64,000 bases of DNA from Microcoleus sp. (lineage in GTDB: Bacteria > Cyanobacteriota > Cyanobacteriia > Cyanobacteriales > Microcoleaceae): positions 1,824,001 through 1,888,000 of the forward strand of contig CP181291.1 in assembly GCA_052279835.1 (NCBI GenBank). Reading direction: 5' to 3'. A program made the translations under genes and the position numbers. Each line of letters begins with the position of its first letter. Positions within the stretch are counted from its first letter, which is position 1. Shown piece by piece: positions 10,797 to 21,200 of the stretch. The notes under the pieces are model-generated. The model searched no databases, was not told where the DNA came from, and worked only from the letters and a program-made list of their open reading frames with translations.

Positions 10797-12079
10797 GTGG
10801 CGGATTTATTTTGGTTGTGGATGACAATCCTACCAATCTGGCAGTAATTTCCCAAGCACTCCGCAGTGTGGGCTGGCAAGTCCGCATTGCCATAGATGGC
10901 GAAGATGCCCTCAGCAAAGTAGCACAAAATCCGCCGGAGCTGATCTTGCTGGATGTACAGATGCCTGGAATCGACGGCTTTGAGGTTTGTCTGCGACTGA
11001 AGGCTAATCCGAAGACTGCTGATATTCCCATTATTTTTATGACGGCCCTTTCTGATACTACTAGCAAGGTGAAGGGGCTATCTCTGGGTGCGGTGGATTA
11101 CATCACTAAGCCTTTTGAGCAGCAGGAAACTATTGCCCGCGTGCGCGTCCACCTCCAACTGCGTCATCTGACTCAAACTCTGGAGCAGCAGGTGCGGGAG
11201 CGCACGAGCCAACTGAGTCTGGCTCTGGAGGAACTCCAGCGTTCTCATCTCCAAGTTATTCAAAGCGAAAAGATGTCGGCCCTGGGTAATTTGGTGGCTG
11301 GGGTGGCTCATGAAATCAATAATCCCATTGGCTGCATTGTGGGTAATGTGGGTGCGGTAAATGATTATTTTGCGGTTTTGTTTGGCATCATTGAGCTCTA
11401 TGGCCAGAGGTTGCCCCATCCCGATCCTGAGATGTTGATGGCGTTAGAGAGGGTTGATTTGGACTATGTGCGCCAAGATTTGCCGAAGCTGGTGAAGGCG
11501 ATGAAGGAGGGTGGCGATCGCATTAAGGCCATCAGCCAGAGTCTGCGTACTTTTTCTCGTGCAGATACCGATCTCCCTGTGCCCTATAACATTCATGATG
11601 GCATCGACAGTACGCTGATGATTCTTCAACATCGTCTTAAGGCTAATGAGTTGCGTCCCGAAATTCCTGTAGTCGCGAACTATGGGGATTTGCCACTGGT
11701 GGAGTGCTATGCGGGGCAGTTGAATCAGGTGTTTATGAATCTGCTGGCTAATGCCATCGATGCGATCGATGAGAGCAATCAAGAGCGAACTTACGAGGAG
11801 ATTGAAGCTCGGCCTAGGCAAATTGTCATCACTACGGAGTTATCGGGCGATCGAGAAGCAGTGATTCGGATTAAGGATGGGGGTAAAGGAATGACTGAAG
11901 AAGTGAAACAAAGAATATTTGAACATTTATTTACTACGAAGGGGGTCGGGAAAGGTACGGGGTTGGGATTAGCGATCGCCCGTCAAATTATCGTGGAAAA
12001 ACATGGTGGTAAACTTACTGTTAATTCAGTGCCTGACCACGGTACAGAGTTTGCGATCGCCATTCCTATCAAATCATAA
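10793..12079 (+). CDS. Response regulator receiver - histidine kinase
   Basis: N-terminal ILVVDD...LLDVQMP...KP and H-box AHEINNP. ATGA overlap with the upstream gene. Confidence 0.92.
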   Translation: MSGGFILVVDDNPTNLAVISQALRSVGWQVRIAIDGEDALSKVAQNPPELILLDVQMPGIDGFEVCLRLKANPKTADIPIIFMTALSDTTSKVKGLSLGAVDYITKPFEQQETIARVRVHLQLRHLTQTLEQQVRERTSQLSLALEELQRSHLQVIQSEKMSALGNLVAGVAHEINNPIGCIVGNVGAVNDYFAVLFGIIELYGQRLPHPDPEMLMALERVDLDYVRQDLPKLVKAMKEGGDRIKAISQSLRTFSRADTDLPVPYNIHDGIDSTLMILQHRLKANELRPEIPVVANYGDLPLVECYAGQLNQVFMNLLANAIDAIDESNQERTYEEIEARPRQIVITTELSGDREAVIRIKDGGKGMTEEVKQRIFEHLFTTKGVGKGTGLGLAIARQIIVEKHGGKLTVNSVPDHGTEFAIAIPIKS

Positions 12080-12147
12080 AATAAAATGGAATAGAATAGA
12101 AGGCAAGGTTCTAATTTAACTCTCAACTCATAGAGGAACCACGAGTT

Positions 12148-15100
12148 ATGGATGCGATCGCCACCATCTTAGGTTATCAAATCATCGAGCAACTGTATGC
12201 CGGTACGCGCACCCTAGTCTATCGAAGCATCCGTAATAGCGATCGACAGCCCGCCGTCATCAAAATCCTGCGCCACGAATACCCCAACTTCAACGAACTC
12301 CTACAATTTCGCAACCAATACATTATTGCCAAAAACCTCGACTGTCCCAGCATCGTCAAACCCCTTGCCCTAGAAGTATACCGCAACAGCTATGCCCTAG
12401 TCCTAGAAGACTTTGGCGGAGTCTCCCTATCTGATTATTTCAAACTGTCAACCGATGCCAGCGAAATTAATAAATCTTTACATTTAACTGAATTTTTCAA
12501 CCTAGCCATCCAACTCACAGACACCCTTGACTATCTTTACCAAAATCGAGTTATTCACAAAGACATTAAACCCGCCAATATCTTAATTAATCCCGAAACC
12601 AAACAAGTCAAACTCATTGACTTTAGTATTTCTTCCCTGCTACCTAGAGAAACCCAAGAAATCCAAAATCCCAATGTCTTAGAAGGGACATTAGCCTATC
12701 TCTCTCCTGAACAAACAGGCAGAATGAATCGAGGGATAGATTATCGCAGCGATTTTTATTCCCTGGGCGTGACCTTTTATCAATTATTGACCGGACAGTT
12801 ACCATTTGCCTCAGCAGATGCGATGGAGTTAGTGCATTTTCATCTAGCCAAACAGCCTATATCGATTCATAAAATAAATCCCGAAATTCCGGTAACTTTA
12901 TCAAACATTGTCAATAAATTGCTCGCCAAAAATGCCGAAAATAGATATCAAAGTGCCTTGGGAATAAAATATGATTTAGAAAATTGTTTAACTCAATGGC
13001 AAACCACAGGAAAAATCGGAGATTTTAAACTCGCCAAGCTAGATATTACAGACAGATTTATCATTCCCGAAAAACTATACGGTCGAGAAAAAGAAGTTAG
13101 CGAACTATTAACAGCCTTTGAAAGAATCAGCGCCGGTAGCACAGAAATGATGCTTGTAGCCGGATTTTCAGGAATCGGGAAAACCGGAGTAGTCAATGAA
13201 GTACATAAACCCATTGTCCGTCAGCGCGGTTATTTTATCAAAGGCAAATACGACCAATTTCAGCGGAACATTCCCTTCAGTGCATTTGTGCAAGCATTCC
13301 GCGATTTAATCAGTCAATTGCTATCCGAATCCGATGCCCAACTAGAAATATGGAAAACCCAGATATTAGCCGCCGTAGGAGAGAACGGACAAGTCTTAAT
13401 TGACGTAATTCCTGACTTAGAAAAAATCATCGGCAAACAGCCACTGGCTACAGAATTATCAGGAAATGCAGCCCAAAATCGCTTTAATCTCATCTTTAAA
13501 AAATTCCTCCAAGTTTTCACCGTAAAAAAACATCCCTTAGTGATGTTTTTAGATGACTTGCAATGGGCAGATTCAGCCTCCCTGAATTTGCTAGAATTAT
13601 TGATGGAAGATAGCGGCTATTTATTAGTCTTAGGGGCTTATCGAGATAATGAAGTTTCCCCAGGACATCCGTTGATGTTAAAACTGGATCGACTTGTTAA
13701 AGCTGGAGCCAAAATTAATACAATTACCCTGGCACCGTTGCAGCTAGAAGATCTGAATCATTTGGTGTCGGATACATTGAATTGCGACTCACAGCTTGCT
13801 CAAGCCTTGACCAAATTAGTGTATCAAAAAACCCAAGGAAATCCTTTTTTTGCAACTCAATTTATCAAAGCGTTATATGACGATAAGCTGATTAAATTTT
13901 CCCCACCTCAGTCCCCCCTCAGCAACGCGGGAACCCCAGGGGGATGGCAGTGCGATATTGCTAAAGTTCAAGCCTTGGCACTCACCGATGATGTGGTGGA
14001 GTTTATGGCGCTGCAATTGCAGAAGTTGCCCGCTGAAACTCAGGATATTCTCAAATTAGCCGCTTGTATTAGTGCCGAGTTTGATTTGAATACTTTAGTA
14101 ATCGTCAGTGAAAAAACTCCAGGAATGACGGCTAGGGCTTTATGGAAAGCATTGCAGTCGGGGTTGGTGATTCCCACAACTAAAATCTATAAGTTTTTTA
14201 CTGAATCCGATAGTGAAGAAGTTTTCAATTCTGCCTCTAATTCGAGTTATCGATTTCTGCACGATCGCGTTCAGCAAGCCGCCTATTCCCTAATTCCTGA
14301 CCACCAAAAACAAGCCACTCATCTCCTGATTGGCACATTGCTTCAGCAAAATTACTCAGAGACAGCCAGAGAAGAAAAACTGTTTGAAATTGTCGGACAT
14401 TTGAATTTAGGACAAGAGTTGATTGTGCAACCCAGCGAGCGCGAAGCCTTAGCCCAATTAAACTTACAAGCAGGAAAAAAAGCTCGACATTCTACGGCTT
14501 ATGCTGCGGCCAAAACTTATCTGGAAACCGGGATTAAGCTACTACAAACAAACTGCTGGAAAAATCAGTATGACTTGACCCTAGCCCTATATGTAGAAGC
14601 AACGGAAGCAGCATATCTGAATACTGATATAGATGAGATGGAACGCCTTGTAACAGAGGTACTGCAACAAGCAAAAACAGCATTGGATACAGTCAAAGTA
14701 TATGGGTTAAAAATTAAGGCCTACACATCCCAGGGCAAATTCCTCGAAGCCATCCAGACTGGATTAACAATATTAAAGCAATTTGATATCTATCTACCTG
14801 AATCACCAAATTTAGAAGATGTCGCACGGGTGAGTCAAGAAACACAGGGTTTTCTAGGTAGCAAACAACCAGGGGAGCTGCTAGATCTGCCAGAGATGAC
14901 TAACCCTCAAATTTTGGCAGCAATGGAAATTATCAATGAAATATCTGTCCCGGCTTATTTGACTAAACCCAATCTTAATTCATTGATAATTATGACACAG
15001 ATGAATTTATCAATGATTTATGGAAATGCACCTGTTTCTGCCTTGGGCTATTCTAGCTATGGGTTATTTCTGTGTGCTATTGCGGGCGATATCGACCGGG

Positions 15101-17553
15101 GCTATGAATTCGGTCAATTGGCATTAAATTTATTATCTAAGTTCAAACAAAAGAAACTTGAAGCCAGAGTCCTATTTGTCACTACCACTTTTATATTTCA
15201 TTGGAAAGTTCATGTAAAAGAAACCTTGAAACTACTGCAAAATGCTTATTCTAGCGGTTGGGAAAGTGGAAGTTTAATGGACTTGGGCTACGCAGCGTAT
15301 ATTTACGGAACCCACGCCTATTTAATGGGTTATGAGTTGTCTCAGCTCCAACAAGAAATGACAGCTTATAGCCTGGTATTGGCACAGATAAATCAGCAAA
15401 CACAGCTTAAATACAATGAACTGTACCGCCAGTCAGTTTTAAATTTGCTCGGTCAAACTGCCAGTCCATTTTTGTTGCTTGGGGAAGCGGAAAAAGAACA
15501 AAATTTGTTAGGACAATATCAACAAAATAATGACAAAACTGGATTGTGGCATTTCTGTTTTAATAAATTAGTTCTGTGTTATTTGTTTCAAAGAATTGAA
15601 CAAGCGGTGGAGTATATTGAACGGGCAGAAGATTATTTGGCTGGGGGAAAAGGAATGTGTAATATTCCTGCTTTCCATTTTTATGCTTCTCTCACTCGGT
15701 TGAGTGTGTTGCCTAGTTATCCACAATATAAACAGGAAAAACTCTGGGAACAAGTCGCGGAAAGTCAGAAAAATTTGCAAAAATGGGCGACTCATGCTCC
15801 CATGAATCATTTGCACAAATATTATTTAGTGGAAGCAGAAACCAATCGCATCCTCGCTAATAAACTGGCAGCAATAGAATGCTACGATCTCGCAATTCAA
15901 GGAGCCAAAGCTAACGAATATATCCAAGAAGAAGCTCTAGCAAATGAATTAGCAGCTAAATTTTACCTGGGGTGGGGGAAGGAAAAAGTGGCGGCTGGCT
16001 ATATGCAAGAAGCCTACTATTGCTACGCTCGATGGGGAGCTAAGGCTAAAGTCACCGATTTAGAAAAAGGTTATCCCCAACTGCTGGCGCCTATTCTGCA
16101 ATTACCTCGCGCTGTTGACTCTTTCAAGGAAACGATCGCACGGGAAACCATCACTTCTTCCAAAACCTCTAGCAGCGCTTATGAATTCCTAGATTTGGCA
16201 ACGTTACTCAAAGCCTCTCAAGCCATTTCTGGAGAAATTGAACTCAACAAACTCCTGACTACTCTCCTAAAAATAGTGATAGCCAACGCTGGGGCTAGTA
16301 AGTGTGTGTTGCTGCTGAAACAAGATAGTTCGTTAACATTAGTGGCTATGGTAGAAGAAGGCAAATCGCCCCAACTGTTGCCGTCGATTCCCCTAGAATC
16401 TAGCCAAGATTTGGCAGTTAGTGTGGTGAATATTGTCAAGCACACCTTGCAACCTGTAGTATTAGTTGATGCCAGGATCGATACTCAGTTTGCTGTCGAT
16501 AGTTATATTGAAAAATACCAGCCCAAAAGCATCATTTGCAGCCCAATTCTGAATCAAGGGCAGTCCATCGGGGTTTTATATCTCGAAAATAATCTGACGG
16601 TGGGAGCCTTTACGGGAGATCGCATTGAAGTCCTGAATCTAATTTGCGCTCAAGCTGCGATTTCTTTAGAAAATGCCCGCCTTTATCAAGCCGCCCAACA
16701 AGCATTGACGGACCTCAAACAAGCCCAACTCAAAATAGTTCAAAGCGAAAAGATGTCTGTTTTGGGGAATCTAGTGGCTGGGATTGCCCACGAAATTAAT
16801 AACCCCATTGGATTCCTTGGGGGCAATATTCAACCCGCCCTAGATTATATCAATGATTTGTTGGGATTAATCGATTTAGTCCAAGCAAAATATCCCCAAT
16901 TAGAGCCAGAAATTCAAGAAGAAATTGAAAACATCGAACTTGATTATATCCGAAAAGATTTACCGAAATTAGTTGGTTCGATGCGGGAAGGGGTGAACCG
17001 GATTCGGGATATCAGTAACAGTCTGCGGACTTTTTCCCGTGCTGACACCGATCGCCCTGTAGCTTGCAATCTCCACGATGGTATTGATAGCACCTTGATG
17101 ATTCTTAAGCACCGTCTCAAGGCTAACGAAACTCGCCCAGAGATTGTTGTCATCAAGGACTACAGTAATTTGCCACTGGTAGAGTGCTATGCCGGACAAT
17201 TAAACCAGGTGTTTATGAATTTGTTGGCCAATGCGATCGATGCTTTTGATGAATCCAATCAAGGCAAAAATTATGAAGAAATTGCCAATCACATTACTAT
17301 TGTCACTGAGTTATCGAGCGATCGCCAACAAGCCATAGTTCGGATTAAAGATAACGGTTTGGGGATGAATGAAGATGTACAATCCCACATATTTGACCAT
17401 TTATTTACTACGAAAGCGGTGGGTAAAGGTACCGGATTGGGATTGGCGATCGCCAGTCAAATTGTTGTGGAAAAACACGGCGGACAAATTACAGTTAATT
17501 CCGCTCTTAACCAAGGTACAGAGTTTACCATCGCCATTCCTGTCAATCCCTAG
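12148..17553 (+). CDS. Second Ser/Thr kinase - AAA ATPase - GAF - histidine kinase (paralogue of 1630..7023)
   Basis: Same motif order: HKDIKPANIL, DFS, GFSGIGKT, FLDDLQW, GAF, AHEINNP. GAGGA SD-like site upstream. Confidence 0.92.
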   Translation: MDAIATILGYQIIEQLYAGTRTLVYRSIRNSDRQPAVIKILRHEYPNFNELLQFRNQYIIAKNLDCPSIVKPLALEVYRNSYALVLEDFGGVSLSDYFKLSTDASEINKSLHLTEFFNLAIQLTDTLDYLYQNRVIHKDIKPANILINPETKQVKLIDFSISSLLPRETQEIQNPNVLEGTLAYLSPEQTGRMNRGIDYRSDFYSLGVTFYQLLTGQLPFASADAMELVHFHLAKQPISIHKINPEIPVTLSNIVNKLLAKNAENRYQSALGIKYDLENCLTQWQTTGKIGDFKLAKLDITDRFIIPEKLYGREKEVSELLTAFERISAGSTEMMLVAGFSGIGKTGVVNEVHKPIVRQRGYFIKGKYDQFQRNIPFSAFVQAFRDLISQLLSESDAQLEIWKTQILAAVGENGQVLIDVIPDLEKIIGKQPLATELSGNAAQNRFNLIFKKFLQVFTVKKHPLVMFLDDLQWADSASLNLLELLMEDSGYLLVLGAYRDNEVSPGHPLMLKLDRLVKAGAKINTITLAPLQLEDLNHLVSDTLNCDSQLAQALTKLVYQKTQGNPFFATQFIKALYDDKLIKFSPPQSPLSNAGTPGGWQCDIAKVQALALTDDVVEFMALQLQKLPAETQDILKLAACISAEFDLNTLVIVSEKTPGMTARALWKALQSGLVIPTTKIYKFFTESDSEEVFNSASNSSYRFLHDRVQQAAYSLIPDHQKQATHLLIGTLLQQNYSETAREEKLFEIVGHLNLGQELIVQPSEREALAQLNLQAGKKARHSTAYAAAKTYLETGIKLLQTNCWKNQYDLTLALYVEATEAAYLNTDIDEMERLVTEVLQQAKTALDTVKVYGLKIKAYTSQGKFLEAIQTGLTILKQFDIYLPESPNLEDVARVSQETQGFLGSKQPGELLDLPEMTNPQILAAMEIINEISVPAYLTKPNLNSLIIMTQMNLSMIYGNAPVSALGYSSYGLFLCAIAGDIDRGYEFGQLALNLLSKFKQKKLEARVLFVTTTFIFHWKVHVKETLKLLQNAYSSGWESGSLMDLGYAAYIYGTHAYLMGYELSQLQQEMTAYSLVLAQINQQTQLKYNELYRQSVLNLLGQTASPFLLLGEAEKEQNLLGQYQQNNDKTGLWHFCFNKLVLCYLFQRIEQAVEYIERAEDYLAGGKGMCNIPAFHFYASLTRLSVLPSYPQYKQEKLWEQVAESQKNLQKWATHAPMNHLHKYYLVEAETNRILANKLAAIECYDLAIQGAKANEYIQEEALANELAAKFYLGWGKEKVAAGYMQEAYYCYARWGAKAKVTDLEKGYPQLLAPILQLPRAVDSFKETIARETITSSKTSSSAYEFLDLATLLKASQAISGEIELNKLLTTLLKIVIANAGASKCVLLLKQDSSLTLVAMVEEGKSPQLLPSIPLESSQDLAVSVVNIVKHTLQPVVLVDARIDTQFAVDSYIEKYQPKSIICSPILNQGQSIGVLYLENNLTVGAFTGDRIEVLNLICAQAAISLENARLYQAAQQALTDLKQAQLKIVQSEKMSVLGNLVAGIAHEINNPIGFLGGNIQPALDYINDLLGLIDLVQAKYPQLEPEIQEEIENIELDYIRKDLPKLVGSMREGVNRIRDISNSLRTFSRADTDRPVACNLHDGIDSTLMILKHRLKANETRPEIVVIKDYSNLPLVECYAGQLNQVFMNLLANAIDAFDESNQGKNYEEIANHITIVTELSSDRQQAIVRIKDNGLGMNEDVQSHIFDHLFTTKAVGKGTGLGLAIASQIVVEKHGGQITVNSALNQGTEFTIAIPVNP

Positions 17554-17914
17554 CAGAAATTCAAGCAGATCTAGCAGTCACCTTCACAGCCTTGGCAGTT
17601 GCTATATAAGATCGACTATATCTATCTGCGTGATGGCGCGATCGCTCCCTGGATATGCCGGTCGATCGTCACAAATTATGCTTGTCAGAGCAAGACAAAT
17701 TAGGCAATTACACTGAATTAGTAATTTAACCACTACATCAAATATTTTAAGTAAAAATCCTCATTTAAGTGTGATATCATATACAGTGAACAAGCTGGAA
17801 ATGCGATCGCCACTTTAGCACGCTGGCAGCCCATTTATCATTCCCAACCAGTTATAATCCAAATGCAACGATAGGATTTACCCCTTAACTTGCATATTTC
17901 TCCTTAGCTGGGTA

Positions 17915-18035
17915 GGGTGCATTTCAATTTTGTAATGGCGAAGCATGATCGCAGACAATTTATTAGTTATAACCAGAGATTTACTAAGGTCATGCTTCGC
18001 CCCTACCAATATATTTGCCAAACTAGGATGCACCC
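17915..18035. mobile_element. ~121 bp MITE/REP composite, copy 2, with 8-bp target-site duplication
   Basis: TIR GGGTGCAT...ATGCACCC, flanked by GCTGGGTA at 17907-17914 and 18036-18043. Internal GGCGAAGCATGA...TCATGCTTCGCCCCTAC palindrome. Confidence 0.85.
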
Positions 18036-18234
18036 GCTGGGTAACTTCTAACCTTTTTTGTAATTTCTGGACTTAAATGTCCTAACTTAAGCCACTGCGA
18101 GGGTGCATCTGAGAGCAAAAACTAGGATTAGTCAATACCTTGATAAGAGCAGTGTTTTTTGCAGGAATATGAGAGTTAAATTAGTAAAATTTGCCAAAAA
18201 CAGCGAACGTTTTTAACATCCCAGTTTAAAATCT

Positions 18235-21200
18235 ATGTCCCAATCCTTAGAACAGAATCACCAAATTAATCCCTTAACCACTGAAGACGATCGCCCTTTG
18301 CTATCCACCAGAGACAGACAATTGCAGGCTGTGTTTGAAACCGTCCTAGATGCGATCGCGATCGCCGACGACGAAGGTAAATATCTCGATGTCAACCCCG
18401 CCGCCTGTAAATTATTTGCCCTAGATAGAGATGAACTCCTGGGACGCTGCATTCGTGATTTTACTGAGCCGGGATCTGATTTTACCCAACTATGGCAACA
18501 ATTTCCACAACCAGAAACAGCACGAGGGGAATTTAGCCTAGTGCGCGCTGATGGACAAATCCGCACAGTAGAATATGCCTTCAGGGCAAACTTTTTGCCC
18601 CAGATCCATCTGTTAGTAATGCGAGACATCACAGATGCCAAACTAGCAGAAGCACAAGTCGAAGAACTTACCCGCCAACTCCCCCAAGAAAGAGCCCAAG
18701 TGCGATCGGCTAGCATGGAGCTCGCCAGCCCAAATGTTCCGCCAGAGTATCATCGCCTAGATGAAATTGCCCGCCACATCCGGGGAGTGTTGTATCAATT
18801 TCGGATGCGTCCCCTGATGGTAGTTTCCATTTCCCCTACGCCAGCGAAAAATTGCGAGAGATTCATGCAGTTTCCCCCAAAGAAGCATCCGAAGATGCCT
18901 CTGGGGTATTTAAAGCAATCCACCCGGATGACATCGATCGCGTCCATCAATCCATTCTCGATTCCGCCACCCATCTGACACCTTGGTATTGCGAATATCG
19001 AACTTGCTTACCCGATGGGCGAGTGCTGTGGTTGCGCGGTAGTTCTACACCCCAGCGAGAAGCTGATGGCAGTATTATTTGGTATGGCTATATTCGAGAT
19101 ATCACTGACATCAAAAGTGCCCAAGCTGATACTCAACGTCTGCTGGCCATTTTAGAAACCACCTCAGATTTAATCGCCACTGCTGATGTCACAGGTAAAG
19201 CCATTTACCTCAATCAAGCTTGGCGAAAATTCCTGAATCACGATGAGGAGGCTATAGCCTCCGTCGAAATTTCTAATGCTCATCCCCAGTGGGTTTTAGA
19301 TCGTATTTTCAATCAAGTTTTACCTGAAACCGCCCGTTGTGGCACTTGGCGGGGCGAGACATTTTTACTAGATCCGGCAGGAGGTGAAATCCCTGTATCT
19401 ATCGTCGTCCTAGCTCATAAATCGAAAGAGGGAACAGTAGAATACTTTTCCGTAATTATGCGGGATATCACAGAGACTAAAGCCACAGAACTAGCACTCC
19501 GAGCCAGTGAAGAAAAATTCCGCAGCATCATTGAAAATCTCAACGATCTGGTTTATGTCATCAATCCCGATAGCACCTTCAGCTATCTCAGTCCCCAATT
19601 AAAAGATATGATGGGATACGAAATAACAGAATTGTTACATCAGCCTTTTGAGCACTTGGTTTATCCAGCAGATTTACCAATTTGTGTCAATGCCCTGCAT
19701 CGCTGTTTGCAAGGTGAGAAACTGCGGGGAATTGAATACCGAGTTTTGCATAAAGATGGCAATTATTACTGGCATTCTGCCAATTTAGCCACCTTGCAAA
19801 ATCACGATGGGCCAGTGGTTTCCTGTTTGGGAATAGCGCGTAATATCCACGCCCAAAAGCAAGTTAAAATCGCTTTAGAAGCAAGCAATAGCCGCTGGGA
19901 ATTAGCCATAGAAGGAGCAGGAGACGGCACTTGGGATTGGAACCTCCAAACGAATGAAGTTATCTTTTCTCGGCAGTGGAAAGCGATGCTGGGCTATGCA
20001 GAACATGAAATTACGAATGTTTTAGCAGAGTGGGATCGGCTGGTGCATCCAGAAGATAAAGCTCGATGCTATGCAGATTTTGCCAAACACTTTGACCGCG
20101 AAACTTCTACCTATCGCAACGAACATCGCCTGCGCTGCAAAGACGGTTCTTACAAGTGGATTTTAGACCGTGGCCAGGTGGTTGAGTGGGATGTTGAAGG
20201 TAAACCTTTGCGGTTTATTGGCACTCATTGTGATATTAGCGATCGCAAAACCGCTGAATTAGAACTGGAACAGTTTTTTAGCCTTGCTATCGATTTGCTC
20301 TGCATTGCCGATGTCAGCGGCCATTTTCGTCGCCTGAATCGCGCTTGGGAAACAGTTCTCGGCTACAGCACTCAAGAACTAGAAGGTCAACTCTTTCTGG
20401 ATTTGGTTCATCCCAACGATCTCGCCTCAACTCTAGATGCAATATCTGATTTGAGCGAACAGAAACCAATTCCCCAGTTCACTAATCGCTATCGCGCCAA
20501 AGATGGTAGTTATCGATATATTGAATGGCGTTCTGTTCCCTGTGGAAATTTGATTTATGCCGCCGCACGGGATATCACAGAGCGCAAACAAGCAGAGTTA
20601 GAAAATTGGCGGGTTCAGAAGTTCCTCAGCTCAGTCATTGAAAATATCCCCAACATGGTATTTGTCAAAGATGCCGTCGATCTTAAATATCTGAGCTTAA
20701 ACAAAGCAGGAGAAGAACTAATCGGTTATCCGAGAACAGCATTACTAGGAAAAAATGACTGCGACTTGTTTACAGCAGCCGCAGCCGATTCGATCCGCTC
20801 CCAAGATCGAGCAGCCTTGGCCAGCGGTCAGGTTTTGGATATTCCTGAAGAATGGATTCAAACGAGTCATCAAGGCACTCGAATTGTGCATACAAGGAAA
20901 ATTCCGATTCTGGATGAACTTGGCAATCCGAAATACTTATTAGGGATTTCTGAAGATATCACCGATCGCCAACAAGCAGAAAATGCTCTACGAGCGAGTG
21001 AAGAAAAACTGCGATCGCTCTTCGACTTATGTCCTCTGGGAATTGCACTCAACGATATGCAAGGTCGTTTCATCGAAGTCAATAGCGCCGCCGAAACCAT
21101 CTATGGCTATACTCTTGAGGAATTGAACCAATTAAGCTATTTGGATTTAACCCCCCAAAAGTATGCCGCTGCTGAAATCCATCAATTAGAATTGCTCAAC

